IMG/VR virus record: IMGVR_UViG_3300011008_000071
Span: 54,714-118,713 of that record
Direction: 5' to 3' (one strand)
Source of the DNA: a virus
Lineage: Duplodnaviria; Caudoviricetes
DNA length: 64,000 nt
Below the pieces are notes generated by a model, which saw only the letters and a list, made by a program, of their open reading frames with translations, was not told the DNA's origin and did no database searches. Of the stretch, positions 41,073 through 51,369 are shown piece after piece. The position numbers and the translations under genes are program-made. The stretch's first letter is position 1. Each line of letters begins with the position of its first letter.

Positions 41073-42209
41073 TTATGAATCCTCCTTCGGATGATCTATC
41101 TCTCCGTAATATCTCTGGGACTTTGTGATCAACCATTTGTTGTATTCAGCCACGCCGTCCTTTACGGGATGTGATATGTTGTGGGCCTTGATGGTGTCAT
41201 CAATATTGTTTTGGATATATGATAACATAGTCACCATATCGAATACACCGAACGTTGTGATAGTTGTAGTTTCTGTGTGGACTAGTGTTTCTGTGTGGAC
41301 TAGTGTTCCGTCTGATCCTTTGTCAAAAGTGTCTTTATGCTTTTCGATGCTCTTTATCATGGCCTTGCTGAGAACTTCAACCTTGTCCTTATCATAGAAG
41401 CTGTCAAACTGATTCACCTTCTCCAGATATCGTTTCATATCGTCTACATCGAATATGATACGTTTCACCGGATTCAATGGATCGCCTCTGTCATCCAGAT
41501 AGTATTGCTGTCGAGCGGCTACGGCTCTGCACAGTTTACCGTCTGTAGTAACATATTGCAATACTATTACATCATCCGCAATATGTTCATCTACAAACGG
41601 TGTGATGTAGTTGTGTAACCATTTGCAAACAGCATTCGTGTAAAGAACCTTACCTGTTTTATCTTCGACCAAAACAGTAGCATATGTTCCATTAACACCA
41701 TATACAAACCAATCATCATTCAGTTCGAATGGGTTGTTGCTACCACCGTCTGTACTGATGATGTGGAAGAAACCTTTGATATCCCGATGACGTCTGTACT
41801 GAGTTGTTGAATATGACTGCCTCGGCGGCTCAATAGACCATAATTTCTTATAATCGATTAACGCCCGTAAAATTCTATCATCTTCACCTTCGATTGTGAA
41901 TGTATTACCCAGTGAAAACTCATCCATAGACCGACTGCCATTATGACTATCCCGAATATGGGGCGGATTACCAGGAACGAATTCGAATATTCGATCAAAT
42001 AATACATTATTCTCCGATCTAAAATCGATACAGTATCCCCAATATGGATTATCTGTATTTCTGGTAAACTTTACAGTCATTCCATTCCGGCAGAAGATCC
42101 TCTCTGGATTTTGCCTATAACCAAGCTGAAACTGTGTCATGCCAAAATCAGGATATGGTATATAAAAGCCGAATAAATCTAACAATTCGGCTCCCATGTA
42201 AACACTCAT
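41073..42209 (-). CDS. hypothetical protein
   Basis: AAGGAG RBS before MSVYMG; contains an 18-bp tandem duplication (TLVHTE x2). Confidence 0.7.
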   Translation of the reverse strand: MSVYMGAELLDLFGFYIPYPDFGMTQFQLGYRQNPERIFCRNGMTVKFTRNTDNPYWGYCIDFRSENNVLFDRIFEFVPGNPPHIRDSHNGSRSMDEFSLGNTFTIEGEDDRILRALIDYKKLWSIEPPRQSYSTTQYRRHRDIKGFFHIISTDGGSNNPFELNDDWFVYGVNGTYATVLVEDKTGKVLYTNAVCKWLHNYITPFVDEHIADDVIVLQYVTTDGKLCRAVAARQQYYLDDRGDPLNPVKRIIFDVDDMKRYLEKVNQFDSFYDKDKVEVLSKAMIKSIEKHKDTFDKGSDGTLVHTETLVHTETTTITTFGVFDMVTMLSYIQNNIDDTIKAHNISHPVKDGVAEYNKWLITKSQRYYGEIDHPKEDS

Positions 42210-42270
42210 TATGACTCCTTTCTTAAATGACAAATCCACCCGGGATTTACCCCGGGTGGATTGATTATAC

Positions 42271-42654
42271 TTACGGATGATGATGCATATAGTATATCAA
42301 CATATGTTCCATTTCAGAAGTATATAACATACTATCAATTGATGCACCAACGGACAGGCTCATATCATTGATGAATTTATAGTATGCCATATATTCACCC
42401 TCTTCAGGAATGACGGATGTGTTATACGATACTATCACGTTGTCGGTATCGCCCGACAACTCAAGAACGAAGATAGGTATTCTCGCCGTAATGTTTTTGG
42501 GGTAGAATGATATCTTATAGCCCGAATCGGAGTTATCGATAAACATCCGAACACTAAGTGATTCATCGACGAAGATATATGTCCCAGAATTCCGATTTTC
42601 AAAGTCGGAACTGATGCAATCAAACAGGTCTTGGTATGTGTACTTTAACATCAT
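42271..42654 (-). CDS. hypothetical protein
   Basis: Start overlaps the rtcB stop. Confidence 0.6.
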   Translation of the reverse strand: MMLKYTYQDLFDCISSDFENRNSGTYIFVDESLSVRMFIDNSDSGYKISFYPKNITARIPIFVLELSGDTDNVIVSYNTSVIPEEGEYMAYYKFINDMSLSVGASIDSMLYTSEMEHMLIYYMHHHP

Positions 42655-43856
42655 TCATCACCTGCTTTGAAGTTGTAGATGGGTTTGATCACTTTCAGAA
42701 TATCAACTGTGTCACCAATGTTGTTAACGATGGCTTCCATTGGCTTGTAAGCCATGGGTGCCTCATCGATCGTTGCCGTTGATACTGATGTAGTATAGAC
42801 GTCCTTCATGGAAGATTTGAATTCTTCCATAGTGAGAGATGATCTCGCCTCGGATCTACTCATTAATCGTCCGGTCCCATGAGGTGCAGAATAGTTCCAA
42901 TCCGGGTTACCCTTGCCGACACATATGATTGAACCATCGCGCATGTTCATCGGGATAATCAGCCGTTCACCCTTCTGAGCAGATACAGCACCCTTACGAA
43001 GAATCATGTGTTCAGTATCAAGATAGTTATGCATCGTAGTAAATTGATCAACCAGGTGCCATCCCATACCTTTAATTATGTCATCGGCCATGGCCAGACG
43101 ATTGAAATACGCATACTCCTGCATGATCTTCATATCATGAACATATGCATCGAAAAGGTCGCCCTCACAGTATGCAAGATGCTTCGGAATATTTGTCCGT
43201 TTGGTGTTCTTCAACTTCTTGATTTCCGCTTCAATCTGCTTCTGTTTACCCTCCGCCTTCATCTTCGCTACCAACTCTTTGATTTCCTTCTCGCCGCATT
43301 CATTGAGTCTTCTGTAAGCTTCATTCTGGTAGTAGTTACATACTTCCAAGCCAAGATGTCTGGAGCCGGAGTGAATCACCAGATAAATGTTTCCTTCATC
43401 ATCTTTATTCACTTCGATGAAGTGGTTTCCGCCACCGAGTGATCCAAGACTGTGTTCAGCTCTGATCGGGTTGATATGTTTATAACACATCAGATCCTCA
43501 ACATGAACTCGGTCATTATATCGGTGACTTTTCTCGCGGATATTTGCACCGGAAGGGATGTTCATCTTGATGAACTTGTCAAGCTTCTCCGGTTCGATAT
43601 AGGTTTCCTTAATTTGGGTGACAAGCATTGAACATCCAATATCTACTCCGACCAAATTGGGCACTATCTTGTCTTTGATAGTAATTGTAGTTCCTATGGT
43701 ACATCCTGCTCCTGCATGAACATCCGGCATGATACGTACCTGGGTTCCTTCACACATCGGCTGAGAACATACCTCGATGATCTGACTGATTGAAGGCTGA
43801 TCAATCAGATCTGTGAATACTTTTGCTGTTGTATATTTGCCTTGCAGCTCTAACAT
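42651..43856 (-). CDS. rtcB: RNA-splicing/repair ligase RtcB
   Basis: MPDVHAG, VGVDIGC, GSLGGGNHFIE, HSGSR, HNY, RKGA, SAPHG.GR and DEAPMAYK. Confidence 0.95.
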   Translation of the reverse strand: MLELQGKYTTAKVFTDLIDQPSISQIIEVCSQPMCEGTQVRIMPDVHAGAGCTIGTTITIKDKIVPNLVGVDIGCSMLVTQIKETYIEPEKLDKFIKMNIPSGANIREKSHRYNDRVHVEDLMCYKHINPIRAEHSLGSLGGGNHFIEVNKDDEGNIYLVIHSGSRHLGLEVCNYYQNEAYRRLNECGEKEIKELVAKMKAEGKQKQIEAEIKKLKNTKRTNIPKHLAYCEGDLFDAYVHDMKIMQEYAYFNRLAMADDIIKGMGWHLVDQFTTMHNYLDTEHMILRKGAVSAQKGERLIIPMNMRDGSIICVGKGNPDWNYSAPHGTGRLMSRSEARSSLTMEEFKSSMKDVYTTSVSTATIDEAPMAYKPMEAIVNNIGDTVDILKVIKPIYNFKAGDE

Positions 43857-44641
43857 ATTTCCTCCTTGAATGCATCTATCAAAGCGTTCTTGAGTTGAAC
43901 CGCTTTGATGGTATTCTGATAATCGCCAAGTGTTATTCGTTCACCACACTCCGACCATACAAGGGCGGTGATTGTTTCGAAAAGTTGTTCGATCTTTTCT
44001 TCAGGGATGATGTAGTGGTAATTATGAACTTCAGGATCTTTCACAATGATCTTCTTGAAGTTAGGAGATACCGATGACTGCTCTGGTGTCTTATTGATGA
44101 TATTCTCAGCATCAAGAAGTACACGATGATCTTCTTCAGATTCTTTCCTGGATTCATCTAAAGCAGCCTCTCTTTGCAACCATTTCAACTCAGGATGGTT
44201 ATCGCTGAGATTCTTCAGAAAGTGGTCGTCATGATTCTCGGCATATGCCTCCTCATCGATCTCGATATGACATTCCTTGGGTTCCGTAGCGAGAGGGAAG
44301 TATTCATTGCGTTTAATCTGGTAAATAATGAATAATACGCCTGCTGTATAAAATCCTACCTCTCCAGGATCTATGGCATCTGCTGTGTCATATTTATATC
44401 TATATTGACATTTATCACCAGATCGACAGATAACCACAGTATGCGTAGGACCGATAACAATGATATCCTTGCGAATGTTGGCGCAGATTATATCATTACT
44501 TTTGTATGAAAATGAACAAGAGCAAGGATTTGATTCGGATACACCATTGGTGAGACGTACCTCCATACTATTACCAACTTCACCACCGAGCATTCTCTTT
44601 ACAAGTTCATATATGTCCTTCCATCTTAACAAATCATTCAT
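43850..44641 (-). CDS. hypothetical protein
   Basis: 263-aa ORF in the operon. Confidence 0.65.
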   Translation of the reverse strand: MNDLLRWKDIYELVKRMLGGEVGNSMEVRLTNGVSESNPCSCSFSYKSNDIICANIRKDIIVIGPTHTVVICRSGDKCQYRYKYDTADAIDPGEVGFYTAGVLFIIYQIKRNEYFPLATEPKECHIEIDEEAYAENHDDHFLKNLSDNHPELKWLQREAALDESRKESEEDHRVLLDAENIINKTPEQSSVSPNFKKIIVKDPEVHNYHYIIPEEKIEQLFETITALVWSECGERITLGDYQNTIKAVQLKNALIDAFKEEIC

Positions 44642-44734
44642 TATTACTTTCCTTTCTATTCTTCAGTTTCATCCTCTTTAATATAACGCTGGATGAATGC
44701 TAACATCAGCAGCGATACCATAGGCTCTGCATAA

Positions 44735-44980
44735 TCAGAATCGATTCCGAGGCCGATGGGGGGTGTCAGCATCAACTTCACCCCATTCAGGCTCTTTGCC
44801 CTTGGTCTTGATATACTTAATCGTACTGCCTTTAAGCGTGATCCGTTTCAGCACGGTGCCTGTATCCTGTATAAGAACCTCGAACTTGATAATGAAATTA
44901 TCTTTGGTATCTTTCTTCCGGAATGTAATTAATGGACTACTATAGTCGAGTTCACCCCAGGAGATACATATCAATCCCAT
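44735..44980 (-). CDS. small hypothetical protein
   Basis: 81-aa ORF in the operon. Confidence 0.5.
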   Translation of the reverse strand: MGLICISWGELDYSSPLITFRKKDTKDNFIIKFEVLIQDTGTVLKRITLKGSTIKYIKTKGKEPEWGEVDADTPHRPRNRF

Positions 44981-45057
44981 TAACCTTAAACTTTCCTGGA
45001 CGTGCGTATGTCAAACAGAGGGTATTTACAAAATCCCTATATGTCAATTTCTTCATT

Positions 45058-45762
45058 TTATTTCCTTTCTATGTTGGGGATTTGCCAGTCGATTGTTGAA
45101 TTGCTCACTTCATACAAGTAGTTATTACACTTTACGAAGTGATCACATCCAAAGAACTTTCCTCCAGCAAGAGGAGATGGATGTGCTGCCTGTAGTACCA
45201 GATGGGAACCCTCAGGTATCAATTCCGCTTTGGATCTGGCATCCACTCCCCATAACATAAATACCAGATGTTTTGACCAATCATTCGCCAACAGACGAAT
45301 GATGAAGTCGGTGAAATGTTGCCAACCAAGATTCTTATGCGACTTGGATTGGCCAGCTCTTACGGTCATCACTGTGTTTAATAGAAGAACTCCCTGTTTT
45401 GCCCAAGGAACCAGGTACCCGTTGTTTGGTATCTGGCATCCGAGTTCATTCTTCAATTCAACAAAGATGTTCATCAGTGATGGTGGGATTGGTAACGACT
45501 CAGGTTTGACGGAGAATGCCAAGCCATGTGCCTGTCCTGGATTGATATATGGGTCTTGGCCAAGTATCACAACCTTGGTATCCGCATACGAGGTGTATTT
45601 GAAGGCATTGAATATATCCTCCTTGGGTGGATAGCATTCATACTCTTCATACTCCCGATCCACGTTATCAATCAGCTGTACAAGTTCTTTATCCGTCTTG
45701 AATACTTCCGGGATCACATTATCCCAACTATTGTTGAATGTCGGAATAATCATGTCATTCAC
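45058..45762 (-). CDS. ung: uracil-DNA glycosylase (family 1)
   Basis: VVILGQDPY, QAHGLAFSV, PPSL.NI, WAKQGVLLLN and HPSPL. Confidence 0.95.
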   Translation of the reverse strand: MNDMIIPTFNNSWDNVIPEVFKTDKELVQLIDNVDREYEEYECYPPKEDIFNAFKYTSYADTKVVILGQDPYINPGQAHGLAFSVKPESLPIPPSLMNIFVELKNELGCQIPNNGYLVPWAKQGVLLLNTVMTVRAGQSKSHKNLGWQHFTDFIIRLLANDWSKHLVFMLWGVDARSKAELIPEGSHLVLQAAHPSPLAGGKFFGCDHFVKCNNYLYEVSNSTIDWQIPNIERK

Positions 45763-46309
45763 CTATTTCCACATGAACACGGATATCGGCTTCTTCAACC
45801 CGATGATTCAGGAGCATTGTTTTACCCATCGCCTGCAATTGTCTTTTGAGAAACCATTTTGCAAACTGGGTTAGTGTGGAATCGATGCGGGTTCTAAACA
45901 ATCCCATCGATTCCGATATCGGATCAGTAACCTCGACCAGATCGTTTGTTGCGATTGCTCTGGCTTCTTCGTTATAGATACCGAAAGTAATCTTGGGAAG
46001 TTCGACGATCGGCTTCTCCAGGAACTTGAGTGTGATGTTGTTAGCACGGCACCATTCAATTTCCTCCTGGGTGTCTTTGCCGATGTAGCCGTTCTTATTC
46101 ACCACCAGCACATACTCAGCCATTCTCATCTTGGAACGGTGGAGTTCATCGAGATATTGGTGTTCCTGCTCCGACAATTCAGCAGGGTCTGCAATGTTGA
46201 AGATCTCCGGTGTGAGTACATGAGTGTCACCATTCTCCTCAAGTTCCGACTTGATATCCAGGAAGTCCTTATAGAACTTATGACTTCCGATTAGTGTTAC
46301 AAATTTCAT
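45755..46309 (-). CDS. nucleoside 2-deoxyribosyltransferase-like (DUF4406-like) domain protein
   Basis: VTLIGS.KF...H..KM..AE.VLVVN..GYIG..T..EI. Confidence 0.55.
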   Translation of the reverse strand: MKFVTLIGSHKFYKDFLDIKSELEENGDTHVLTPEIFNIADPAELSEQEHQYLDELHRSKMRMAEYVLVVNKNGYIGKDTQEEIEWCRANNITLKFLEKPIVELPKITFGIYNEEARAIATNDLVEVTDPISESMGLFRTRIDSTLTQFAKWFLKRQLQAMGKTMLLNHRVEEADIRVHVEIGE

Positions 46310-46310
46310 T

Positions 46311-46577
46311 CTACTTTTCCTCCTTGTATTTTAAATAGATTATGATATGATCATCTGATTCCTCAACATGATCGATGTCATCGAACACAACCTTCGAATA
46401 GGTATTGACCATCTTCTGGTCTTCATAGTGGTACATTTCAATCACCGTGCAAGTTCCTTCATATTCAGTCTTCCGATCGAACCATCCAGTGGCCCAGAAT
46501 ATGAGTATTGAAATGCAGGTTCCTAAAATGGTTGCAAATAGTACTGTGAATATATGCCATAGTATTTCTTTTTTCAT
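46311..46577 (-). CDS. small membrane protein
   Basis: GAGG RBS before MKKEILW; one TM helix. Confidence 0.55.
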   Translation of the reverse strand: MKKEILWHIFTVLFATILGTCISILIFWATGWFDRKTEYEGTCTVIEMYHYEDQKMVNTYSKVVFDDIDHVEESDDHIIIYLKYKEEK

Positions 46578-46579
46578 AA

Positions 46580-47047
46580 CTACCTCACAAATTCCACCAA
46601 CTTGATTATCCCAAACGCCATAATAGCTGCCAATAACAGCATGGCGATCAGACTGATCACCCCAAGCAATAGATTGAAGACCCAACTCCGTGGATGATCA
46701 TTCTCTACATCATCATGGTAATCGTTTTTGATATTGGGATAATATTCTCCATCATCCGGTTCATCATTAAACATTTTCCTGTCATCTGTAGAGTTGTTAT
46801 GCGAATTAGCCTGGTGAGATAAATCAATTCCTATGATATCTGTATGACCTGGCCAGCGATGGAAGGCGACTATAGGGGGATCCAACCACCATTGTGCCTT
46901 ATTGCGTTTTCTCTTAGCAGAATACCGATAGTGGATGCGATTGATATAATCATCATAGAACCGTTTGGACAGATGTTTCCATTGACGATCCGTCATTGGT
47001 CTCCGGAACCGTTTGATCCTGTTCAGTTCCCTCTCTATTCCGTTCAT
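46580..47047 (-). CDS. hypothetical protein with C-terminal TM
   Basis: GGAGG RBS before MNGIERE. Confidence 0.55.
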   Translation of the reverse strand: MNGIERELNRIKRFRRPMTDRQWKHLSKRFYDDYINRIHYRYSAKRKRNKAQWWLDPPIVAFHRWPGHTDIIGIDLSHQANSHNNSTDDRKMFNDEPDDGEYYPNIKNDYHDDVENDHPRSWVFNLLLGVISLIAMLLLAAIMAFGIIKLVEFVR

Positions 47048-47348
47048 CTTCAACCTCCTGCACTGATGATATTTGGTTAAGCCGTTCTTCAAGTTCATGT
47101 ATTCGATAACGGCAAGATAGATTGTTTGCAATTAGAGTAACACCTAGAAATATCACTATTACTATCAGCAACGTGATGAGTCGGTGATCATCAATAAATT
47201 TGTCAGATATGGACTCCACCTTCTCATCAAGTTCGCTTATGCAATCGCTTTGATGTTCCAGCGTCTTATCGGTCTCATCTTTGTATTGATGAAGCTCGGT
47301 TAGAGCAGGTTCACATAACTCGGTAAGAGATATTCTGTCATTGCCCAT
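46953..47348 (-). CDS. coiled-coil single-TM protein
   Basis: GGAGG RBS before MGNDRIS. Confidence 0.55.
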   Translation of the reverse strand: MGNDRISLTELCEPALTELHQYKDETDKTLEHQSDCISELDEKVESISDKFIDDHRLITLLIVIVIFLGVTLIANNLSCRYRIHELEERLNQISSVQEVEDERNREGTEQDQTVPETNDGSSMETSVQTVL

Positions 47349-47658
47349 TATTCTCATTCCTCCGTTTATATACGTCTCTCGCCCAGAGAGTATCTTTAAC
47401 AATTTCCCTCTTGAGATACATTTGATACCGTTCGAAAAATATCCGATCTTCCGGTTCAATATCATCCATGATGTGCATCAACTCCAGATCTTTATCAGTG
47501 ACAGCAAGTATTTTTAGTACCTCTAGAGAGCCTAGAACCTTTTCAACATTCTCTTCAAGATTGTCTTCAAGTATTCCTCTCTTCTGGATATTACAGATTT
47601 CACGAAAATCGGTATCCTGAAGTCTCCTCATTATGCTATCAATTGGGCTTTTCGTCAT
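47338..47658 (-). CDS. hypothetical protein
   Basis: AAGGAAGG RBS before MTKSPI. Confidence 0.55.
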   Translation of the reverse strand: MTKSPIDSIMRRLQDTDFREICNIQKRGILEDNLEENVEKVLGSLEVLKILAVTDKDLELMHIMDDIEPEDRIFFERYQMYLKREIVKDTLWARDVYKRRNENNGQ

Positions 47659-47716
47659 TTTAATCCTTCCTTTCAACGATATAGTTTAATTATACTTCAA
47701 ACAAGGATGTGATCCA

Positions 47717-48904
47717 ATGGCAGTTAATACAACTGATCAATACATCGCCCTACATATTCTGAATCATTGGTATCAGAAATACAATCATCAAGTGATTGAA
47801 ATATCTGGAACCATTGGTACAGGTGTGGACAAGGTAATCTCGCAATTCATTGAATACCAAGAATTTGATCCCCGTGAAGTAATGTACCTATCTCTTGACC
47901 AAAAACAGGTACTTGAGTTAGCTTACAAGCGCTTTCACGCATACTATCTCAATAGTATAATATATAAGTATATCCGCGAAGTATGCTTTGATACACTTCC
48001 TGTCTTCAATCCGAACTCGAAAATTCTTGAAGCCAGAATCGAACGCCGTGTCCGGAAGAAACTTCCTGATGATCGTTACAGGCTAATGATCGTCTATGAC
48101 TCAGTCTTATTATCAAAAGAAATGATAGAGGACCTGATGTCGTTTGGATTACCGATCATATTGGTGAGGGATCCATACTTAATCCCAGCTAAAGATCCAT
48201 ATGTATTCTTGAGAGAACCGGAGATACAGCTCCGGGATCCTGATCCGATCGAGACCCGTGATCCAATTACGTTCTTTGCCCGGCAACTTCTCGATGATAA
48301 CAAGCCTGCAATCGGTACATATGACAATGTATCCATCATCTCCAAAAAGAATCTGAATCTGTACAATTTCCGTTCTGCAGATATGATGATCACTCTGACC
48401 CATGAAACGGCTTCAGATATCAATCATCTATACAGGGAAAGAATTTTACGGATAGATGATACCCGAAATGTTCCTGGTGAACGGATGATTGCATTAAGTA
48501 CATTATACACGGAGAAACTTGTGAATGAGGATGAGAAACATGTTAAAGTATTCCTGACGAAGGGAATAGTCGGTACACTGTCGAAATGTCCAAGGCATGC
48601 TCTATCGACTAAATACATTCCAGTTGACTTCAAACCGGAATTTTACCATGAGTCATTTGAGGAGATATACATAGACCGTTTCTACTTAAATAACATGGAC
48701 AACACCCCGTCACGGCAACAAGTGCCGGACGAGATATTGTACGTTGGGTATGCATATGCATTACAGGTTTCATTAGCCAGATTAAGTCATTGGGACAAAG
48801 TTGTACTGATGTTAGACTATCCGGATGTAGATCAGGACGTGTACCGATCCATGCTGTATACAGCCGTCACCAGATGTAAGTCGGCATTAACGATTGTGGT
48901 TTAA
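47717..48904 (+). CDS. Dda/RecD-like SF1 helicase homolog with degenerate ATPase motifs
   Basis: T.DQ..A, ISGTIGTGVD (Walker A lacks Lys), IVYDS (for IIDE), YAL.V..A..S.WDKV and R.MLYTAVTR. Confidence 0.7.
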   Translation: MAVNTTDQYIALHILNHWYQKYNHQVIEISGTIGTGVDKVISQFIEYQEFDPREVMYLSLDQKQVLELAYKRFHAYYLNSIIYKYIREVCFDTLPVFNPNSKILEARIERRVRKKLPDDRYRLMIVYDSVLLSKEMIEDLMSFGLPIILVRDPYLIPAKDPYVFLREPEIQLRDPDPIETRDPITFFARQLLDDNKPAIGTYDNVSIISKKNLNLYNFRSADMMITLTHETASDINHLYRERILRIDDTRNVPGERMIALSTLYTEKLVNEDEKHVKVFLTKGIVGTLSKCPRHALSTKYIPVDFKPEFYHESFEEIYIDRFYLNNMDNTPSRQQVPDEILYVGYAYALQVSLARLSHWDKVVLMLDYPDVDQDVYRSMLYTAVTRCKSALTIVV

Positions 48905-50196
48905 TCCCCTACCTTCTTCAGGACAATTCGATGCCCGCATATCATGTATCCTTCCGTTTCATGCCGGATCATATGATATGCATAAGACAGTCTAAACTTC
49001 ATCTTCCCGTATTTCTTTTGCTTGGATTCATCATCGAATACGAGCTTGTATGTCTTATTCAGAGTGAAGGCATTGATATCAAGATTCTCGGCACTGATCA
49101 TGACGATGCAGTTGTTCTCCTCCATCCTGGCCTTCAGAATCGTTCCCATGAACTTGTTATCATCGGAACGGACATAGCGAATCATTTCATTTTTGGAGTT
49201 GACATACTCAGCTGAAGATTCTTCCAATCCGGCGGATGTCCCATCGGCAACAACAATTCGAGCAGAGGCACCAAGCTTCTCGTTCTTAGTAATGGAAGGA
49301 ACGTTGAAGTTGATATCTTCCTCGGTGATATTGCAGTAGTTGATCTTCTCGCCTGGTTTCCGAACCATCGCATTGCCCGGGATGGATTCATTTCGTGTCG
49401 TCACCAGGAATACGGTATCGACCCATTCCTCTTCTTCTCTTGCAGTAACCTTACCATTTGGATTGATGATGTACAACTTGTCTACGTCATAATACACAAT
49501 CGATCCTTTCTTATACAGACCGAAGTATTGATCGAGATAGGCAATGCACTTATATGCCTCATGATATGGGATGAGTAACTCCTGATATGATTTGCTATTT
49601 TCGATCTTACTCATCAGGACTTTCTTGTGTCCTGTCTTGGTGAGAATACGGGCAATGATATTCTGAATAGTACCCGATGTAATTACTTCATTATACTTCT
49701 TATTTGAAGCCTTCAGAAGTTTGTCATCAAACAGGTATATGTCCACCAGGTTCTGAGAATTGAAGTAGTCTTCTTTCTTCAGCTCTTCTTCCGTAAAGTC
49801 GTCGCCCTCATTCATTTCCATGGATCCAAACATGGATGCAACGTCGGTGGATTCATCATCATCATTAAGCCGTAATGAGAAGTCGATGTTCCAACATTTC
49901 TCCGGACCAACGATCATTTCTTCGACATCCCGCGTCTGGCCTAATTTCACCAGTTCAAACTTAACCGTGATTTCACGTTTATGTTTCATTATCCACAGCT
50001 TCCAACGTATATCCATACGTAGATGAAGCTTCAGTATCGTACGAATATTATATTCGTAATCATCCAACTTTTCTATAGTCAAGATGTTTGAAGGATCCAT
50101 CTCTATCTTCTTTCCTTGATATGAAAAGATCAGATTCTCTGCTCTGTATCTGCACAAGAAGATTTGATCCTTCTTTTCATCAATTAAGTCGGCCAT
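48901..50196 (-). CDS. hypothetical protein, possibly virion/baseplate hub
   Basis: 431-aa beta-rich ORF; late-type upstream motif. Confidence 0.5.
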   Translation of the reverse strand: MADLIDEKKDQIFLCRYRAENLIFSYQGKKIEMDPSNILTIEKLDDYEYNIRTILKLHLRMDIRWKLWIMKHKREITVKFELVKLGQTRDVEEMIVGPEKCWNIDFSLRLNDDDESTDVASMFGSMEMNEGDDFTEEELKKEDYFNSQNLVDIYLFDDKLLKASNKKYNEVITSGTIQNIIARILTKTGHKKVLMSKIENSKSYQELLIPYHEAYKCIAYLDQYFGLYKKGSIVYYDVDKLYIINPNGKVTAREEEEWVDTVFLVTTRNESIPGNAMVRKPGEKINYCNITEEDINFNVPSITKNEKLGASARIVVADGTSAGLEESSAEYVNSKNEMIRYVRSDDNKFMGTILKARMEENNCIVMISAENLDINAFTLNKTYKLVFDDESKQKKYGKMKFRLSYAYHMIRHETEGYMICGHRIVLKKVGD

Positions 50197-50280
50197 CTTA
50201 TGTAATCTCCTTTCGTTGATTAGTATTATATAGTTGGACCTGAAATTAAAAGCTTTTATTCACAGAAAGGATGAATCAAT

Positions 50281-51228
50281 ATGAATCGTGTTATTAAATC
50301 ATTTGATAAATTTGCTACATCGGAATTGCATGAAGGTGGTTTCCGTGGTAGAGTCATAATAGGCAGAGGTAAACATAAAAATGAATTTGTCGATCCTTAC
50401 GGCAACAAGAACTTCATCACGGAGTTCGACGAGGTCATATCCGATGAGGAAAATATAATCCCGATAGGTGGGTACCAATTCGCATTCGATAAGCTGTTCA
50501 ACATCGCTCTTGATGATGAAACGACACTGCGTGTTGGGGATCTAAATGATGAAGCTCCTCAGATGCGTATTGGTGTATCCCGCGGTCAATACAAATCTAA
50601 ATATTATGATGCCGAGAAGTCCATCAACAACACAGCCCTTTCTCTTAACGGTGGAATCAACATCTCGGCAATGAACTTCATCTTCGGCTTCATGATAGGT
50701 GATGGCGGATGTAGAGAAGATAATCTAACCGTTATTGCACCCAACTACAAGGATAGAGGTCTCTTCCATGCTATCCCATTCAGAATGTCCACAGATGGAA
50801 CAGACATTCCCAATGGGAAATACTTCGGTAAAGCATCTACTTCAGAGAGTTCTCTTGGAGCAATCATAGATTCATACTATGTGAAGACATTTGATACTCC
50901 GGATCCTCATATCGTGCACTGCTGGGCTACCGATAGCAATTCCGAAATATCTCCTGTAGATGATACGGTATTCTCATCTACATCCAGTATGCCTATAGAG
51001 TCATTTGTGGAGATGAATCTATCGATAACAGCAGATGACTGCCGTGGTTACTTCACTACCAATGATACTACTCCGAGAATAAACGAACTCGGCCTTGTAT
51101 CCGGTTGGTATAATGGCGAAGAAGGAGACTATGAATCGTTAAGATTATTCAGTCACTTCTGCCGTCCTACAATCACTCTTGCAGATGGCGATTCCATTGA
51201 TATCATATACAGGCTATATGCTAGATAA
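50281..51228 (+). CDS. putative tail/baseplate structural protein
   Basis: EN.I...G, GF.IGDGG and INELGL...RLFS...I.I.Y pattern typical of tail-collar-like proteins. Confidence 0.5.
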   Translation: MNRVIKSFDKFATSELHEGGFRGRVIIGRGKHKNEFVDPYGNKNFITEFDEVISDEENIIPIGGYQFAFDKLFNIALDDETTLRVGDLNDEAPQMRIGVSRGQYKSKYYDAEKSINNTALSLNGGINISAMNFIFGFMIGDGGCREDNLTVIAPNYKDRGLFHAIPFRMSTDGTDIPNGKYFGKASTSESSLGAIIDSYYVKTFDTPDPHIVHCWATDSNSEISPVDDTVFSSTSSMPIESFVEMNLSITADDCRGYFTTNDTTPRINELGLVSGWYNGEEGDYESLRLFSHFCRPTITLADGDSIDIIYRLYAR

Positions 51229-51369
51229 GACACACTCCTAACCTGTCCTATATACCTTTTCGCAATACCAACCCCACCGTCTGGTGGGGTTGGTATTTGC
51301 TCACCATTTGTTAACATGAGAACTGTACATATGCATGAGTGTAAATTATGCAAAGGAGGAATTGAATAA

